From NCBI GenBank assembly GCA_027593235.1, contig JAQCIU010000002.1, forward strand, positions 82,567-146,566: DNA of 64,000 nt, written 5' to 3'. Source of the stretch: Chloroflexota bacterium. Lineage in GTDB: Bacteria; Chloroflexota; Dehalococcoidia; UBA2979. A program made the translations under genes and the position numbers. A model generated the notes under the pieces. It saw only the letters and a program-made list of their open reading frames with translations. It searched no databases and was not told where the DNA came from. Within the stretch, counting starts at the first letter, position 1. Each line of letters opens with the position of its first letter. Below are positions 52,067 to 61,403 of the stretch, one piece after another.

Positions 52067-53641
52067 ATGAACGCGGCGCCAGAGATCATTCTCGCTCGAC
52101 TCGAGCCGATTCTGCTCGATATCGCGGAACTCGCACCGTTGGAGCAGGTGTCCGAACGGCTGGCTGCTGCGGCCAGTGATCTCACCTCGGCGCCCTTTGC
52201 GGCAATTGGCGTCTACGGCGCCCACGGTGCGCCCGGCGACCTGGCACGGTTCATCACCCACGGGATGGACGCGAACGCCGTGGCGCTCATGCCACATCTG
52301 CCACGCGGCGGTGGACTGCTCGGCGAGGTCGCCAAGCGAAGTGCGCCGGTGCGGGTCGACCTGATCAGCGATCACGCGGCCGCGAGTGGGGTCCCGGCGG
52401 GGCATCCGGTGATGGGCCCGTACCTGGGTGTGCCGGTCATGCGCGGGCGCGTCGTCATCGGCGCGTTCTACGTGACGCGACCGGTCGGTGGCGCACCATT
52501 CACCGAGGAAGATGAGCATCGCCTGCAAGCGCTCGCCCCCTACGCGGCGGTGGCGATGAGCAACGCGATGGTTCACGAACTGGAGCTGCGCCGCGCGGAG
52601 TGCGCGGAAGAGATCGTTCGGGCCTCGGTGGAACTGCAGGCCATCGAGGACGAACGCGCCTGCGCGAATGCGCTCTCGCGGAGCGTCGAGCGATTGTTTC
52701 CGAGTCAGCGGCACCTGGTGCTGATCTGGCCGGAGGGCGGCGCCGACCTCGACGGACCGCTCGTCTATCCGAACGACTCTTCGCTGGCGGATTCGATTGC
52801 CGAGGTGGCGGAGTCGCTGGGGACCGGGCAGCACTGGTTGGAAGACCTGGTGCCCGATCACCACGTGCTGGTCTGCGTTGCGGGACATGACCGTGCGACG
52901 ATCCTGTCGCTTGCCTGCGACTACGAACAGCACCCAACCGAGGTCGACCAGCTCGCACTGACGCAGCTCGCGGACATCGGCACGATCGCGCTCTCCAGCG
53001 TGCGGCGGCAGGCGGCGGCGCGGGCGGTCGAGCGGTACCGCATCCGCGACGCGATCGCACGCGACCTGCACGACGATCTCATCCAGTCGATCTACTCGGT
53101 CGGGCTGGGTTTGCAGACGTCGCGCCACGACCCGAACGCCCTCGAAGGGGCACTGGACGGGGCCGTTGAGGCATTGGGCGAGGTGATTCGCGACTTGCGG
53201 GCCTACATCGCCCAGCTCGAGCGCGGGGTCGAAGGGCTGACCTCCACTGAACTGCTGGCGACGCGGATCGCCGGGCAACTGCGTAGCGACGATCGGATCC
53301 GCTGGTCGGAGCGGATCGAACTCGGCCCCGCATCGCTGGGGAAGCGGCGCGAGCGTCAGCTCTATCTGATCGTTCGCGAGGCGATCTCCAACATCCGGCG
53401 ACACTCGCACGCCGAGCGTGCGTCGGTCACGCTGCTACGGCGAGGCGACGTGCTTGAACTGGAAGTCGCCGACGACGGGCAAGGCTTCGATCGCGATCGG
53501 GTCCCGGAGCGGTCGGTTGGTCTGCGCAGTATGGAGGAACGGGTCGCCGACATCGGCGGATCGATCATCATCGAATCCGCGCCCAACCAGGGCGCGATTC
53601 TCCGAGCCACGTTCCCACTCGACACGGAGGTGTCGTCATGA
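52067..53641 (+). CDS. Soluble GAF-GAF-HisKA_3-HATPase sensor histidine kinase (DosS/DevS-like)
   Basis: No TM segment. GAF-A ...FITHGMD...LPRGGGLLGEV...SGVPAGHPVMGPYLGVPV...GAFYVT. H-box ARDLHDDLIQSIY. ISNIRRHSHA, DDGQGFD, GLRSMEERV. Start is ATG 52067 or TTG 52031. Confidence 0.85.
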   Translation: MNAAPEIILARLEPILLDIAELAPLEQVSERLAAAASDLTSAPFAAIGVYGAHGAPGDLARFITHGMDANAVALMPHLPRGGGLLGEVAKRSAPVRVDLISDHAAASGVPAGHPVMGPYLGVPVMRGRVVIGAFYVTRPVGGAPFTEEDEHRLQALAPYAAVAMSNAMVHELELRRAECAEEIVRASVELQAIEDERACANALSRSVERLFPSQRHLVLIWPEGGADLDGPLVYPNDSSLADSIAEVAESLGTGQHWLEDLVPDHHVLVCVAGHDRATILSLACDYEQHPTEVDQLALTQLADIGTIALSSVRRQAAARAVERYRIRDAIARDLHDDLIQSIYSVGLGLQTSRHDPNALEGALDGAVEALGEVIRDLRAYIAQLERGVEGLTSTELLATRIAGQLRSDDRIRWSERIELGPASLGKRRERQLYLIVREAISNIRRHSHAERASVTLLRRGDVLELEVADDGQGFDRDRVPERSVGLRSMEERVADIGGSIIIESAPNQGAILRATFPLDTEVSS

Positions 53642-54300
53642 GCCAACAGATTCGCATTCTCCTGGTGGACGATCACGAGATCGTGCGCCGGGGCTTGAAG
53701 GCCGTGCTGGAGGAGGAAGGCGACCTGGTCGTCGTGGGCGAAGCCGGCACCGTGGAGGACGGGGTGCGTGAGGCGTTGCGCGTCGCGCCGGACGTGATCC
53801 TGATGGACCTGCGGCTACCGGACGGCTCCGGTGTCGAGGCGTGCCGTCGGATCAGGGAACAGGTGCCGGGCAGCAAGGTCGTAATCCTCACCTCCTACGC
53901 GGACGAGGATGCTCTCTACTCCGCGGTGATGGCGGGAGCGGCCGGCTACATCTTGAAGGACCTGGACTCGGGGAAGCTGCGGGACGCCCTTACGACCGTC
54001 GCCGCAGGTGGATCGCTCCTTGATCCGAAGATGACGACGACGGTGCTGGAACGCCTGCGCAGCGGCGCGGCACGCCACCCGGCGGACGATCCGTTCACGT
54101 CACTGACGCCACAGGAGGACCGGATCCTCTCGTTGATTGGCGACGGCCTGACGAACCGTGAGATCGCCGCGGAGCTCTCGTTGAGCGACAAGACGATCAA
54201 GAACTACGTGTCACAGATCTATTCGAAGCTCGATGTGGAGCGGCGCTCGCAAGCAGCGCGACTGGCCACGGAGCGGCGCATGCGTCGATCGCAACTCTAG
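53638..54300 (+). CDS. NarL/LuxR-family response regulator (DosR/DevR-like)
   Basis: ILLVDDHEIVRRGL, VVGEAG, MDLRLPDGSG, ILTSY, and a C-terminal HTH LTPQEDRILSLIGDGLTNREIAAELSLSDKTIKNYVSQIYSKL. The ATG overlaps the kinase stop (ATGA). Confidence 0.9.
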   Translation: MSQQIRILLVDDHEIVRRGLKAVLEEEGDLVVVGEAGTVEDGVREALRVAPDVILMDLRLPDGSGVEACRRIREQVPGSKVVILTSYADEDALYSAVMAGAAGYILKDLDSGKLRDALTTVAAGGSLLDPKMTTTVLERLRSGAARHPADDPFTSLTPQEDRILSLIGDGLTNREIAAELSLSDKTIKNYVSQIYSKLDVERRSQAARLATERRMRRSQL

Positions 54301-54343
54301 GTAGTAGCCAGGCCGGGGCGATCCGGCGGGATGGGAGACAACA

Positions 54344-54466
54344 ATGGACATGCTTTCGCTGATCGCCGGAGCGGTGCTGCTGACGCTTGGCACCGCGTTC
54401 GCGATCACCATCGGGACCGTCTCCGGCCGCGATGAGCACGATCGTGAGCACCGCGCCGGCTCGTAG
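54344..54466 (+). CDS. Candidate 40-aa single-TM micropeptide
   Basis: Own translation: MDMLSLIAGAVLLTLGTAFAITIGTVSGRDEHDREHRAGS. The ATG is preceded by GGGAGA. High third-position G+C. 44 nt downstream of the response regulator. Below the ORF-track length cutoff. Confidence 0.3.
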   Translation: MDMLSLIAGAVLLTLGTAFAITIGTVSGRDEHDREHRAGS

Positions 54467-54629
54467 CTGCGGCCCCGGCTCTAACCGATCGAGGGTGCCC
54501 GCCCGCGTGCGGGGCGCCCGTTCGTACGCCTACCTCGAAGGAAGCCGCGCGGATGAGCGCGCGGCTAGGCGCGCCGCTTGAACCACGAGCAGCGGGGCCT
54601 GTGGTGAGGCCGCCCTCGGTGAGTGGTGG

Positions 54630-54809
54630 CTAGGGAGAGTTTGGGCGGGTGTCGGTGTCGCCGGTCACCTGGCAGGCGGGGCAGCGGAGCCCCTGGAGGA
54701 TCTCGTCACGGCGCTGGAGCAGCAGATCCGAGGAGACGCGGGCACCGTGCCCGCACGCGTACGTGACGATGACTCGGGACGGTGCGGCTTTCGGTCGGTG
54801 GATGGTCAA
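54630..54809 (-). CDS. Candidate 59-aa Cys-pair (zinc-ribbon-like) ORF, TTG start only
   Basis: Own translation: (M)TIHRPKAAPSRVIVTYACGHGARVSSDLLLQRRDEILQGLRCPACQVTGDTDTRPNSP. Natural-looking composition and high GC3. No canonical RBS, and it is bounded upstream by an in-frame TGA. Confidence 0.2.
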   Translation of the reverse strand: MTIHRPKAAPSRVIVTYACGHGARVSSDLLLQRRDEILQGLRCPACQVTGDTDTRPNSP

Positions 54810-54968
54810 CTGCGTGACTCACGATCGCCAGACGCGGAGATGGCTCTGCCTCACTCGCTGTGCTCGTACCGGTATCGCGAGCGACACCGGGGAACCGCGC
54901 GTGTCATAACTCCTGAATAAACAGATGATCGTTCTCTCAAGGGCGTTTGTCTAGTGCCGCGCAGTCGC

Positions 54969-54981
54969 TTTCTGACAGAAA
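54969..54981. promoter_or_regulatory. 13-bp palindrome TTTCTGACAGAAA
   Basis: Read directly, with flanks cgc...tcg extending the symmetry. It lies ~70 nt downstream of the murJ-like stop. It shares the TTTCTGAC half-site with the 45813-45855 inverted repeat. Confidence 0.35.
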
Positions 54982-55051
54982 TCGCTCGGCTGCGGCACTT
55001 CGTGGCGTGACCGTGCACGGAGGCGCGCGATGGTTGCGCGTGATGCGATGG

Positions 55052-56680
55052 CTACCGGCCGGCGAGGGCGCGCAGACGCTGGGGGATGCGGACGCCAAAG
55101 GCATCGAGTTCGTGCAGCCCCGACGGTAGCTGCACCGCGACGTATGCCAGCAGTCCGGCGCCGCCGCCGGCAGCGATGGCGAGCCATGCCCCGAGGCGTG
55201 AGTCGACGAGGCTGTCGAGGCCGGTCGCAACCGCCCAAGCGGCGACTCCGGCGATGATTGCCCCGACGAGCTGGCGTGGGAGCCACTTGCGGAGCGTGCG
55301 TGACGGCGCCGCGGCCGCGCGGACGCGCCGATCGAGGTAGCCCGACGCGGCGGAGTCGGCGATGCCGCTGTTGAGCCCGAGGATCAGGATCATCGTCGCG
55401 CCACCGACCCATGCGGCGATCGCCAGACCGGGAATGATCGCGATGGCACGGATGATCGTCGCCTCGAACGTCGAGCGCGCGTCGCGCGCCGAATAGGCGA
55501 CCTGCCAGGCGACCTCGAAGACCGCCCCGGGGACCACGCGCAGGGCGGCCCCGGCGATCCCCAGGCGCAGCAACTCGACACCATCGGGGGTCGCCATCGA
55601 TCCGAAGGCCATCCCCTTCGCGAGCACGCCGCTGATCGCGACGAGGCCGAGCGCGGCCGGGAAGGCCATGAACAGCACGACACCCAGGGCGGTGCGGTAC
55701 TCCTCGAAGAGACGCGCCGGGTCGCCCATTCGCAGCCGTGCGAGGCGCGGAAGCAGCGCGGTGCTGATGGGGCGGGTGATCAGCGCGCTCGGCAGCGTCG
55801 CGAACATCACGCCGGTCTGGAAGGCGACCACCCCACCGGGGACAATGCCGGCAACGATGATGCCGCTCCAGACGAGCAGGATGCCGATCGAGGCCGAGCC
55901 GATCGAGGGAATGGCGAGCCGGATCACCGAGCGGATCTCCGGATCGCGCCAGTGGACCGTCGGCCACAACGGGAGTCCGGCCCGCTGCGCGCCCACCCAC
56001 TGGACGAGGGCGTGCGCGGCGACCGAGAGCGTCGTGCCGCCGCCGAGCAGGAGCAGTAGGCCGGTGTCGGCCTCGTCGACCTCGAACCCGGTGCCATGGA
56101 ACCGGATCACGGCGAGGAGGGTAATCACGATGCCAAGGTTCTCGACGAGTGGAGCCGCGGCGGGGATCGCGAAGCGGCCGCGTGCCTGCTGCGCCGCCAT
56201 CGCGACCGCGATCGTTCCGTAGAGCAAGGCCTGCGGGAGCATCAACAGGAGCAGCACCCAGGCGACCCGTCGTGCATCGCTGGAGAGTTCGTCGCCGACG
56301 CCGAGTGTGAGCAGGCGGACGAACAGCGGCCCGCCGACCAGGGCGAGCACGATCGTGACGGCGAACGTCGCGAGCACGAGTCCGAGGGCGGCGTTGGCGA
56401 ATCGCCGCGCCTCGGCGTCCTGGTGCTTTTCGAAGTAGCGGACCAGCGGGGGGACGAGCACCGCGGCGATCAGCGGGCCGGCGAGCAACTCGTTCAGCAG
56501 GTTCGGGACGACGTTGGTGCTCTGGTAGATGTTCGTCAAGAAGGTGGGGCCGAGGATTGCGCCGGTCGCCACGAGGCGGGCCAGCCCGGTGACGCGGGTC
56601 GCCACGGCCCAGATGCCGATGGTCATCGAGTCTCGCGCGACGGTGGAGGCGCCCGGATCGCCTGTCATCTCGTCAGCCAT
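55052..56680 (-). CDS. murJ: MurJ/MviN-type MOP-superfamily flippase (lipid II or polysaccharide flippase)
   Basis: 542 aa, ~14 TM. N-terminal ...TRVTGLARLVATGAILG...YQSTNVVPNLLNELLAGPL... is typical of MurJ. Confidence 0.75.
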   Translation of the reverse strand: MADEMTGDPGASTVARDSMTIGIWAVATRVTGLARLVATGAILGPTFLTNIYQSTNVVPNLLNELLAGPLIAAVLVPPLVRYFEKHQDAEARRFANAALGLVLATFAVTIVLALVGGPLFVRLLTLGVGDELSSDARRVAWVLLLLMLPQALLYGTIAVAMAAQQARGRFAIPAAAPLVENLGIVITLLAVIRFHGTGFEVDEADTGLLLLLGGGTTLSVAAHALVQWVGAQRAGLPLWPTVHWRDPEIRSVIRLAIPSIGSASIGILLVWSGIIVAGIVPGGVVAFQTGVMFATLPSALITRPISTALLPRLARLRMGDPARLFEEYRTALGVVLFMAFPAALGLVAISGVLAKGMAFGSMATPDGVELLRLGIAGAALRVVPGAVFEVAWQVAYSARDARSTFEATIIRAIAIIPGLAIAAWVGGATMILILGLNSGIADSAASGYLDRRVRAAAAPSRTLRKWLPRQLVGAIIAGVAAWAVATGLDSLVDSRLGAWLAIAAGGGAGLLAYVAVQLPSGLHELDAFGVRIPQRLRALAGR

Positions 56681-56878
56681 GAACGCTCCGAGCAGGCTCG
56701 CCGGCGGTCAGCCGTTCGTGGTGTTGCGCGCAAGCAGCGGGGCGTGGGCAGGCCACGGTCCTCGCGCGTTCGATCATCGCCTGCCATGCCGCTTCCGGCT
56801 ATCGTGAGTATTCCTGACGTTCCCGGGTGTGCCTGACGGCTTGAGGCGGCGACGTGACCGAACCTGAATCGATCTCCG

Positions 56879-58484
56879 ATGTTTCGTGATGGTGCGGATG
56901 TGCCCTCCGGAGCGACGCTCGAGGCGGATCTGTGCGTCATCGGATCCGGTCCGGCCGGCCTAACGATTGCCCAGGAGCTGGCGAGTTCCGGCGCGCGCGT
57001 GCTTGTCCTGGAGAGCGGCGCCGTCGGGTATACGAAGTCGCTGCGCGAGCCATGGCGGATCTTGCGCCAGCACACGCGCGGCGCCCAGTCGTTGGCGTCC
57101 GGCTCGGTACATGGTCAGCCCTACACGCCGCTGCGCTTCGCGCGCGCGTGCCTTTGGTGGTTCGTCAAACGTGCTGCTGAGCCACGGCCTGCAGAACCGC
57201 CCGTTCGACGCCGTGGATTTCGAGGCGCGATCCGCCGTTGCCGAGTCCGGCTGGCCGATCGATGCCGCGACGCTGGCTCCCTACTACGAGCGTGCGCAGG
57301 TCGCCTGCGGGCTCTCGCTCGCGTCCTACGAGGCGGCGTCGTGGCTCGCGCACGAGCAGACCGTGGGCGTTCCATTGGACGAAGGCATCCTCGAGACGGT
57401 GGTCTTCCGCTACGCCCCGGCCGGCCACTTCTCGGGTTTGGCCGATCATTTCCGGGGTCTCGAACAGGTCGAGGTACTGACCGGCTCCTCGGTAGTGAAT
57501 TTGCACCAGGGGCCCGGTGACGCGCTGGAGTCGGTCCAGGTACGCACGCTCGACGGCAACTCGTTCAGCGTCCGCGCGACGACCTTCGTGCTGGCGGCGG
57601 GGGCGATCGAGAACGCGCGGCTGATGCTTGCCTCGAAGGATCGAGATCCACGCGGCGTTGGCAACGAGCACGACTTGGTCGGCCGCTACTTCATGGAGCA
57701 CCCGCAGGTCACCGTGGGCCGCTGGTACGCGCGCGAAGACGCGCTGGAGGCGATGCCGTTCTATGACTGGCACCGGCGCGAACCGGACGGCGAAACACTG
57801 CGCGGTCATCTCCGGATCGACGACGACGGGTTGCGCGAGCACGACCTGATGAACGCCGTCTTCGAGTTGTTCCCGATGCGACCGACCGCCACGTCCCCCG
57901 GTTGGCGCGCACTCAACCGCTTTCGGCGGGCGATTCAGCACAAGAACCGCGTCCACGGGACCGTGCGTTCGGTCGCCGAGATGGCGCGCCACGCGCCGGA
58001 TCTCGTCGCGAACATGCGCGCGCGCCGCGGCGGGGTGCCGCGGAACGTGGTGATGGTCGACGCGATGGCGGAGCAGGAACCGAATCCGGAATCGCGCGTG
58101 CAGCTCGGGTCACGCCTCGATCGCCTCGGGATGCCCAGGACACGACTCGACTGGCGGCTCACCCACCGGGACTTCGACTCACTTCGTCGTTCGGCGGCGG
58201 TGCTGGGCGCCGACTTCGAGCGTCAGGGGCTCGGGACGTTCGAATCGCTGCTGGACGACCGCGACGATCGGATCCCGGTGTTCGGCAACTGGCACCACAT
58301 GGGCACGACGCGGATGCACGACGATCCGCGATCGGGGGTTGTGGATGCGGACTGCCGGGTGCACGGCCTGTCGAATCTCTACGTTGGGGGGAGTTCCGTG
58401 TTCACCACCGGTGGCTCCTCGAACCCGACGCTCACGCTCGTGGCGCTCGCGCTACGGCTGGCGGACCATCTGCGGCCGCGCTGA
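56879..58484 (+). pseudogene. GMC-family FAD oxidoreductase, disrupted by a frameshift near 57138-57150
   Basis: The FAD-binding N-terminus DLCVIGSGPAGLTIAQELASSGARVLVLESG is in the frame of ORF 56879..57520. The rest (FGGSSNV..., GNWHHMGTTRM, LYVGGSSVFTTGGSSNPTLTLVALALR) is in the frame of ORF 56967..58484. The switch point falls at the tcgcgcgcgcgtg run. Confidence 0.7.
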
Positions 58485-58516
58485 GTAGCCCTCGAGGGCC
58501 GCGACCCGGCCGAGGC

Positions 58517-59530
58517 CTAGGCACGCCTGAAGATCGGCCGCAGCGCACCGCGCAACCGATCGAGGCCACGGATCAGCGGCGGTGGGAAGTACGAACCCAC
58601 GAACGCGGCAACGACGAGCGGCGGTGATCGCATCAGCACCGTGCGATCGACGTGGAACGCGAACCGCGCCTGTTGCCGGGCGGCCTGGCCGTCCCCCGCC
58701 TTCGCGAGGTCCCACGCAAGCACGAGCTGTTGTTCGGCGAACGCCTCGAGCGCGCCTCGCAGCAGGAGTGCGCGACGCGCATTCGGAACGGGCAGCGTCG
58801 GGATCGTCTCCCAGAGCATCTGGTAGCGATCCTCGGCGAGCGAGGTGCCGGTGTCGCGGAACTCCTCGCTGAACTGCCCGCCATGGACGCGGTACACGCC
58901 GAGTTGCTCCGGGATCCAGCGCACGGGCCAGCGGGCGGCGAGCTGCAGCCAGACGGCCCAGTCCTTGTGGTACGGGAACGTCTCGCGGAAGCCGCCGATC
59001 TCCAACATGCATTCGCGCCGAATCATGATCGACGGCCAGCCGATCCAGGTGGTGCGGACGAGTTGCTCGAGGACGATTGGCGGTGGATCGAGTACCCCGA
59101 CCTCCGTCAGTTCACGCGGAGCGTCACCGACGACCGCCCCCTGCTCGTCGACCGTTGCGTACGGCGCGAACACGAGGGCGGCGGTCGGGTCGATACGAAA
59201 CTCAGCGACCGCACGCTCGAGGAACGTCGGGAGCCAGTAGTCGTCGTCGTGCAGCACGGCGACGTACTCGCCGCGTCCATGGACGTAGCCGTAGTTCCAG
59301 TTGGCGGCCATGCCGATGTTCGGATCGTGTCGGACGTAGCGGATCCGCGGGTCGGTGTAGCGGGCGACCAGTTCGCTGGTCCCGTCCGTCGAGGCGTCGT
59401 CGAGCACCAGGATTTCGATGTCGGTGAAGGTCTGGTTGATGGCGCTCTCAAGCGCGATGGCAAGGAGCGCGGCACGGTTCCGCGTCGCGATGGCGACCGT
59501 GACGAGCGGAGCGATGGGCGCGGTGGACAT
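58517..59530 (-). CDS. Family 2 glycosyltransferase
   Basis: VTVAIATRNRAALL...INQTFTDIEILVLDDASTDGT...VAVLHDDDYW. Confidence 0.85.
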   Translation of the reverse strand: MSTAPIAPLVTVAIATRNRAALLAIALESAINQTFTDIEILVLDDASTDGTSELVARYTDPRIRYVRHDPNIGMAANWNYGYVHGRGEYVAVLHDDDYWLPTFLERAVAEFRIDPTAALVFAPYATVDEQGAVVGDAPRELTEVGVLDPPPIVLEQLVRTTWIGWPSIMIRRECMLEIGGFRETFPYHKDWAVWLQLAARWPVRWIPEQLGVYRVHGGQFSEEFRDTGTSLAEDRYQMLWETIPTLPVPNARRALLLRGALEAFAEQQLVLAWDLAKAGDGQAARQQARFAFHVDRTVLMRSPPLVVAAFVGSYFPPPLIRGLDRLRGALRPIFRRA

Positions 59531-59740
59531 CAGTGGTGAGGACAGCTTCCGTTCGGTTGATCACGCGACTCGGATCGCACATGAGACACCCGACGACGGG
59601 CGGCGTCGAGTCGCCGGTGATTCGAAGCGGACGCCCCGAGCGTATCGCGCTCAGCGGGAATCGCCCTCAGGGTTGTTGCTCAGGCGCGGCCGGGCTTCGA
59701 AGGGGGAGCGATTCCCGACCTGCGCCGAAGCGCGGTCCGG

Positions 59741-60529
59741 CTAGCGGCCCTCGAACCGCGGCGTGCGCTTCTCGAGGAACGCCCGCCAGCCCTCCTGGAA
59801 GTCCGCGGTGTCATACGGCGAGACCGCGAGCGCCTGATCGGCCGCGGTCAGCCCGGCGAGCGACGGGTCCTCGAGGACCGTCGTGGCGATCTGCTTGTGG
59901 ACGCGGTGCACGACCGGCGCCAGCGCGGCGATGCGCGAGGCCATGTCGTAGGCGAAGGCCTCGACGTCCTCGAGCGAGCGTACGTGGTTCACGAGACCGA
60001 TGCGGTGCGCCTCCTCGGCCGGGATCAGGTCGGCGGTGAGCAGCAGTTCCATGGTCTTGGCGCGACCGATCAGGCGGATCATGCGGCGCATCTCGCGGTA
60101 GGCGATCGGCAGACCGAGGCGTGCGATCGGCACGCCAAAGCGCGCGTTGTCCGCGGCGATGCGGATATCCGTTGCCGCGGAGAACTCGCAGCCGCCGCCG
60201 ACGCAGGCGCCCTTGATCAGGCAGATCGTCGGCTTGCCGACAGCCTCCGCTTCGTCCATCGCGGCGTCGAAGGCGGCGTTGTAGATGGTGGCCTGTGCGG
60301 CGTTCTTGCGGCGCGTCTCGAATTCGCTGATATCGGCGCCCGCCGAGAAGGCGACATCGCCGGCGCCGCGGAAGACGATCACGCGGACCGCGTCGTCATG
60401 CTTGATGTCGACGAGGACGCGGCGCAGCTCGTGCCACATCTCGAAGGTGATTGCGTTCCGGCGTTCCGGGTTGTTGAACGTCACCGTGGCGATAGCGTCG
60501 GCGGTCTCAAGCAAGATCTGATCGGTCAT
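59741..60529 (-). CDS. Enoyl-CoA hydratase/isomerase (crotonase) family protein
   Basis: VTFNNPERRNAI...VIVFRGAGDVAFSAGADI...IKGACVGGG. Confidence 0.85.
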   Translation of the reverse strand: MTDQILLETADAIATVTFNNPERRNAITFEMWHELRRVLVDIKHDDAVRVIVFRGAGDVAFSAGADISEFETRRKNAAQATIYNAAFDAAMDEAEAVGKPTICLIKGACVGGGCEFSAATDIRIAADNARFGVPIARLGLPIAYREMRRMIRLIGRAKTMELLLTADLIPAEEAHRIGLVNHVRSLEDVEAFAYDMASRIAALAPVVHRVHKQIATTVLEDPSLAGLTAADQALAVSPYDTADFQEGWRAFLEKRTPRFEGR

Positions 60530-60599
60530 GGGGCCTCCAGTCGCGAAATCATAGGCGAGGTTTGGCTGAGGCCCGAATGGCTACCCAGTCCCGCGTAGG

Positions 60600-61403
60600 A
60601 TGGCGCCCATGCCGAAGTTCGCCGCCAGTGTCTCGTGGTTGTTCCAGGAAGCGCCGCTGATTGAGCGCTTCGGGTTCGCTGCCGCCGCCGGCTTCCGCGC
60701 CGTCGAGGTGCAAGCACCTTACGAGGAGCCTGCCGAGGCGCTGGCCGCGGAGTTGGTGCGACACGACCTCGAGGCCGTGCTGATCAACGTACAGCCCGCG
60801 CTGGCGGCGCTACCGGGCCGCGAGGCGGACTTCCGGACCGCGCTGGAGCGCGCGCTGCGTTACGCGGAGGCGATGCGCTGCAGCCAGCTCCACTGCGTCG
60901 CCGGGGCCTCGGACGACCCGCGTGCCGAGGCGACGTTCATCGCCAATCTGCGCTGGGCCTCGCGCGTGGCGGAGTCCGCTGGCGTACGGCTGCTGCTGGA
61001 GCCGCTCAATACCACGGACAACCCGGGGTACGTGCTGACCGGCAGCGCGCAGGCGCGCCGGATCATCGAGGCGGTGGGCAGCGATCACGTCCGGATGCAG
61101 TTCGACTTCTACCACCTGCAGATCATGGAGGGCTCACTGACGGAGTCGCTGCGCAAGCAGTTGGACATCGTCGCGCACGTCCAGGCCGGGGGCGTGCCGG
61201 GGCGTCATGAGCCCGATGAGCGCCAGGAGATCAACTACCCCTACCTGTTCGCGCTGCTCGACGAGCTTGGCTACGACGGCTGGGTGGGCTGCGAGTACGG
61301 ACCGACCAACGGAACGATCGAGGGCCTGCGCTGGGCGCATCGATATGGCCTCGGCCTAAGTAGCGACGAGGCGGCAGCGGCACGGGTAGGGGAGCAGGCA
61401 TGA
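60600..61403 (+). CDS. hyi: Hydroxypyruvate isomerase family (xylose-isomerase-like TIM barrel)
   Basis: [62 protein letters not shown]. Alternative ATG at 60609. Confidence 0.7.
   Translation: MAPMPKFAASVSWLFQEAPLIERFGFAAAAGFRAVEVQAPYEEPAEALAAELVRHDLEAVLINVQPALAALPGREADFRTALERALRYAEAMRCSQLHCVAGASDDPRAEATFIANLRWASRVAESAGVRLLLEPLNTTDNPGYVLTGSAQARRIIEAVGSDHVRMQFDFYHLQIMEGSLTESLRKQLDIVAHVQAGGVPGRHEPDERQEINYPYLFALLDELGYDGWVGCEYGPTNGTIEGLRWAHRYGLGLSSDEAAAARVGEQA

Noticed and set aside
54649-54909. 86-aa plus-strand ORF in the gap after the response regulator.
   Set aside because: The composition is Trp/Arg/Cys-rich, typical of an incorrect frame. There is no RBS and no motif. The opposite-strand 59-codon frame looks more protein-like but is itself weak.
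54914-54940. Sigma-70-like promoter TTGAGA-N15-TATTCA on the minus strand.
   Set aside because: The spacer is short and the putative -10 overlaps the AGGAG of the 18-codon ORF. The two interpretations conflict and neither is testable from sequence alone.
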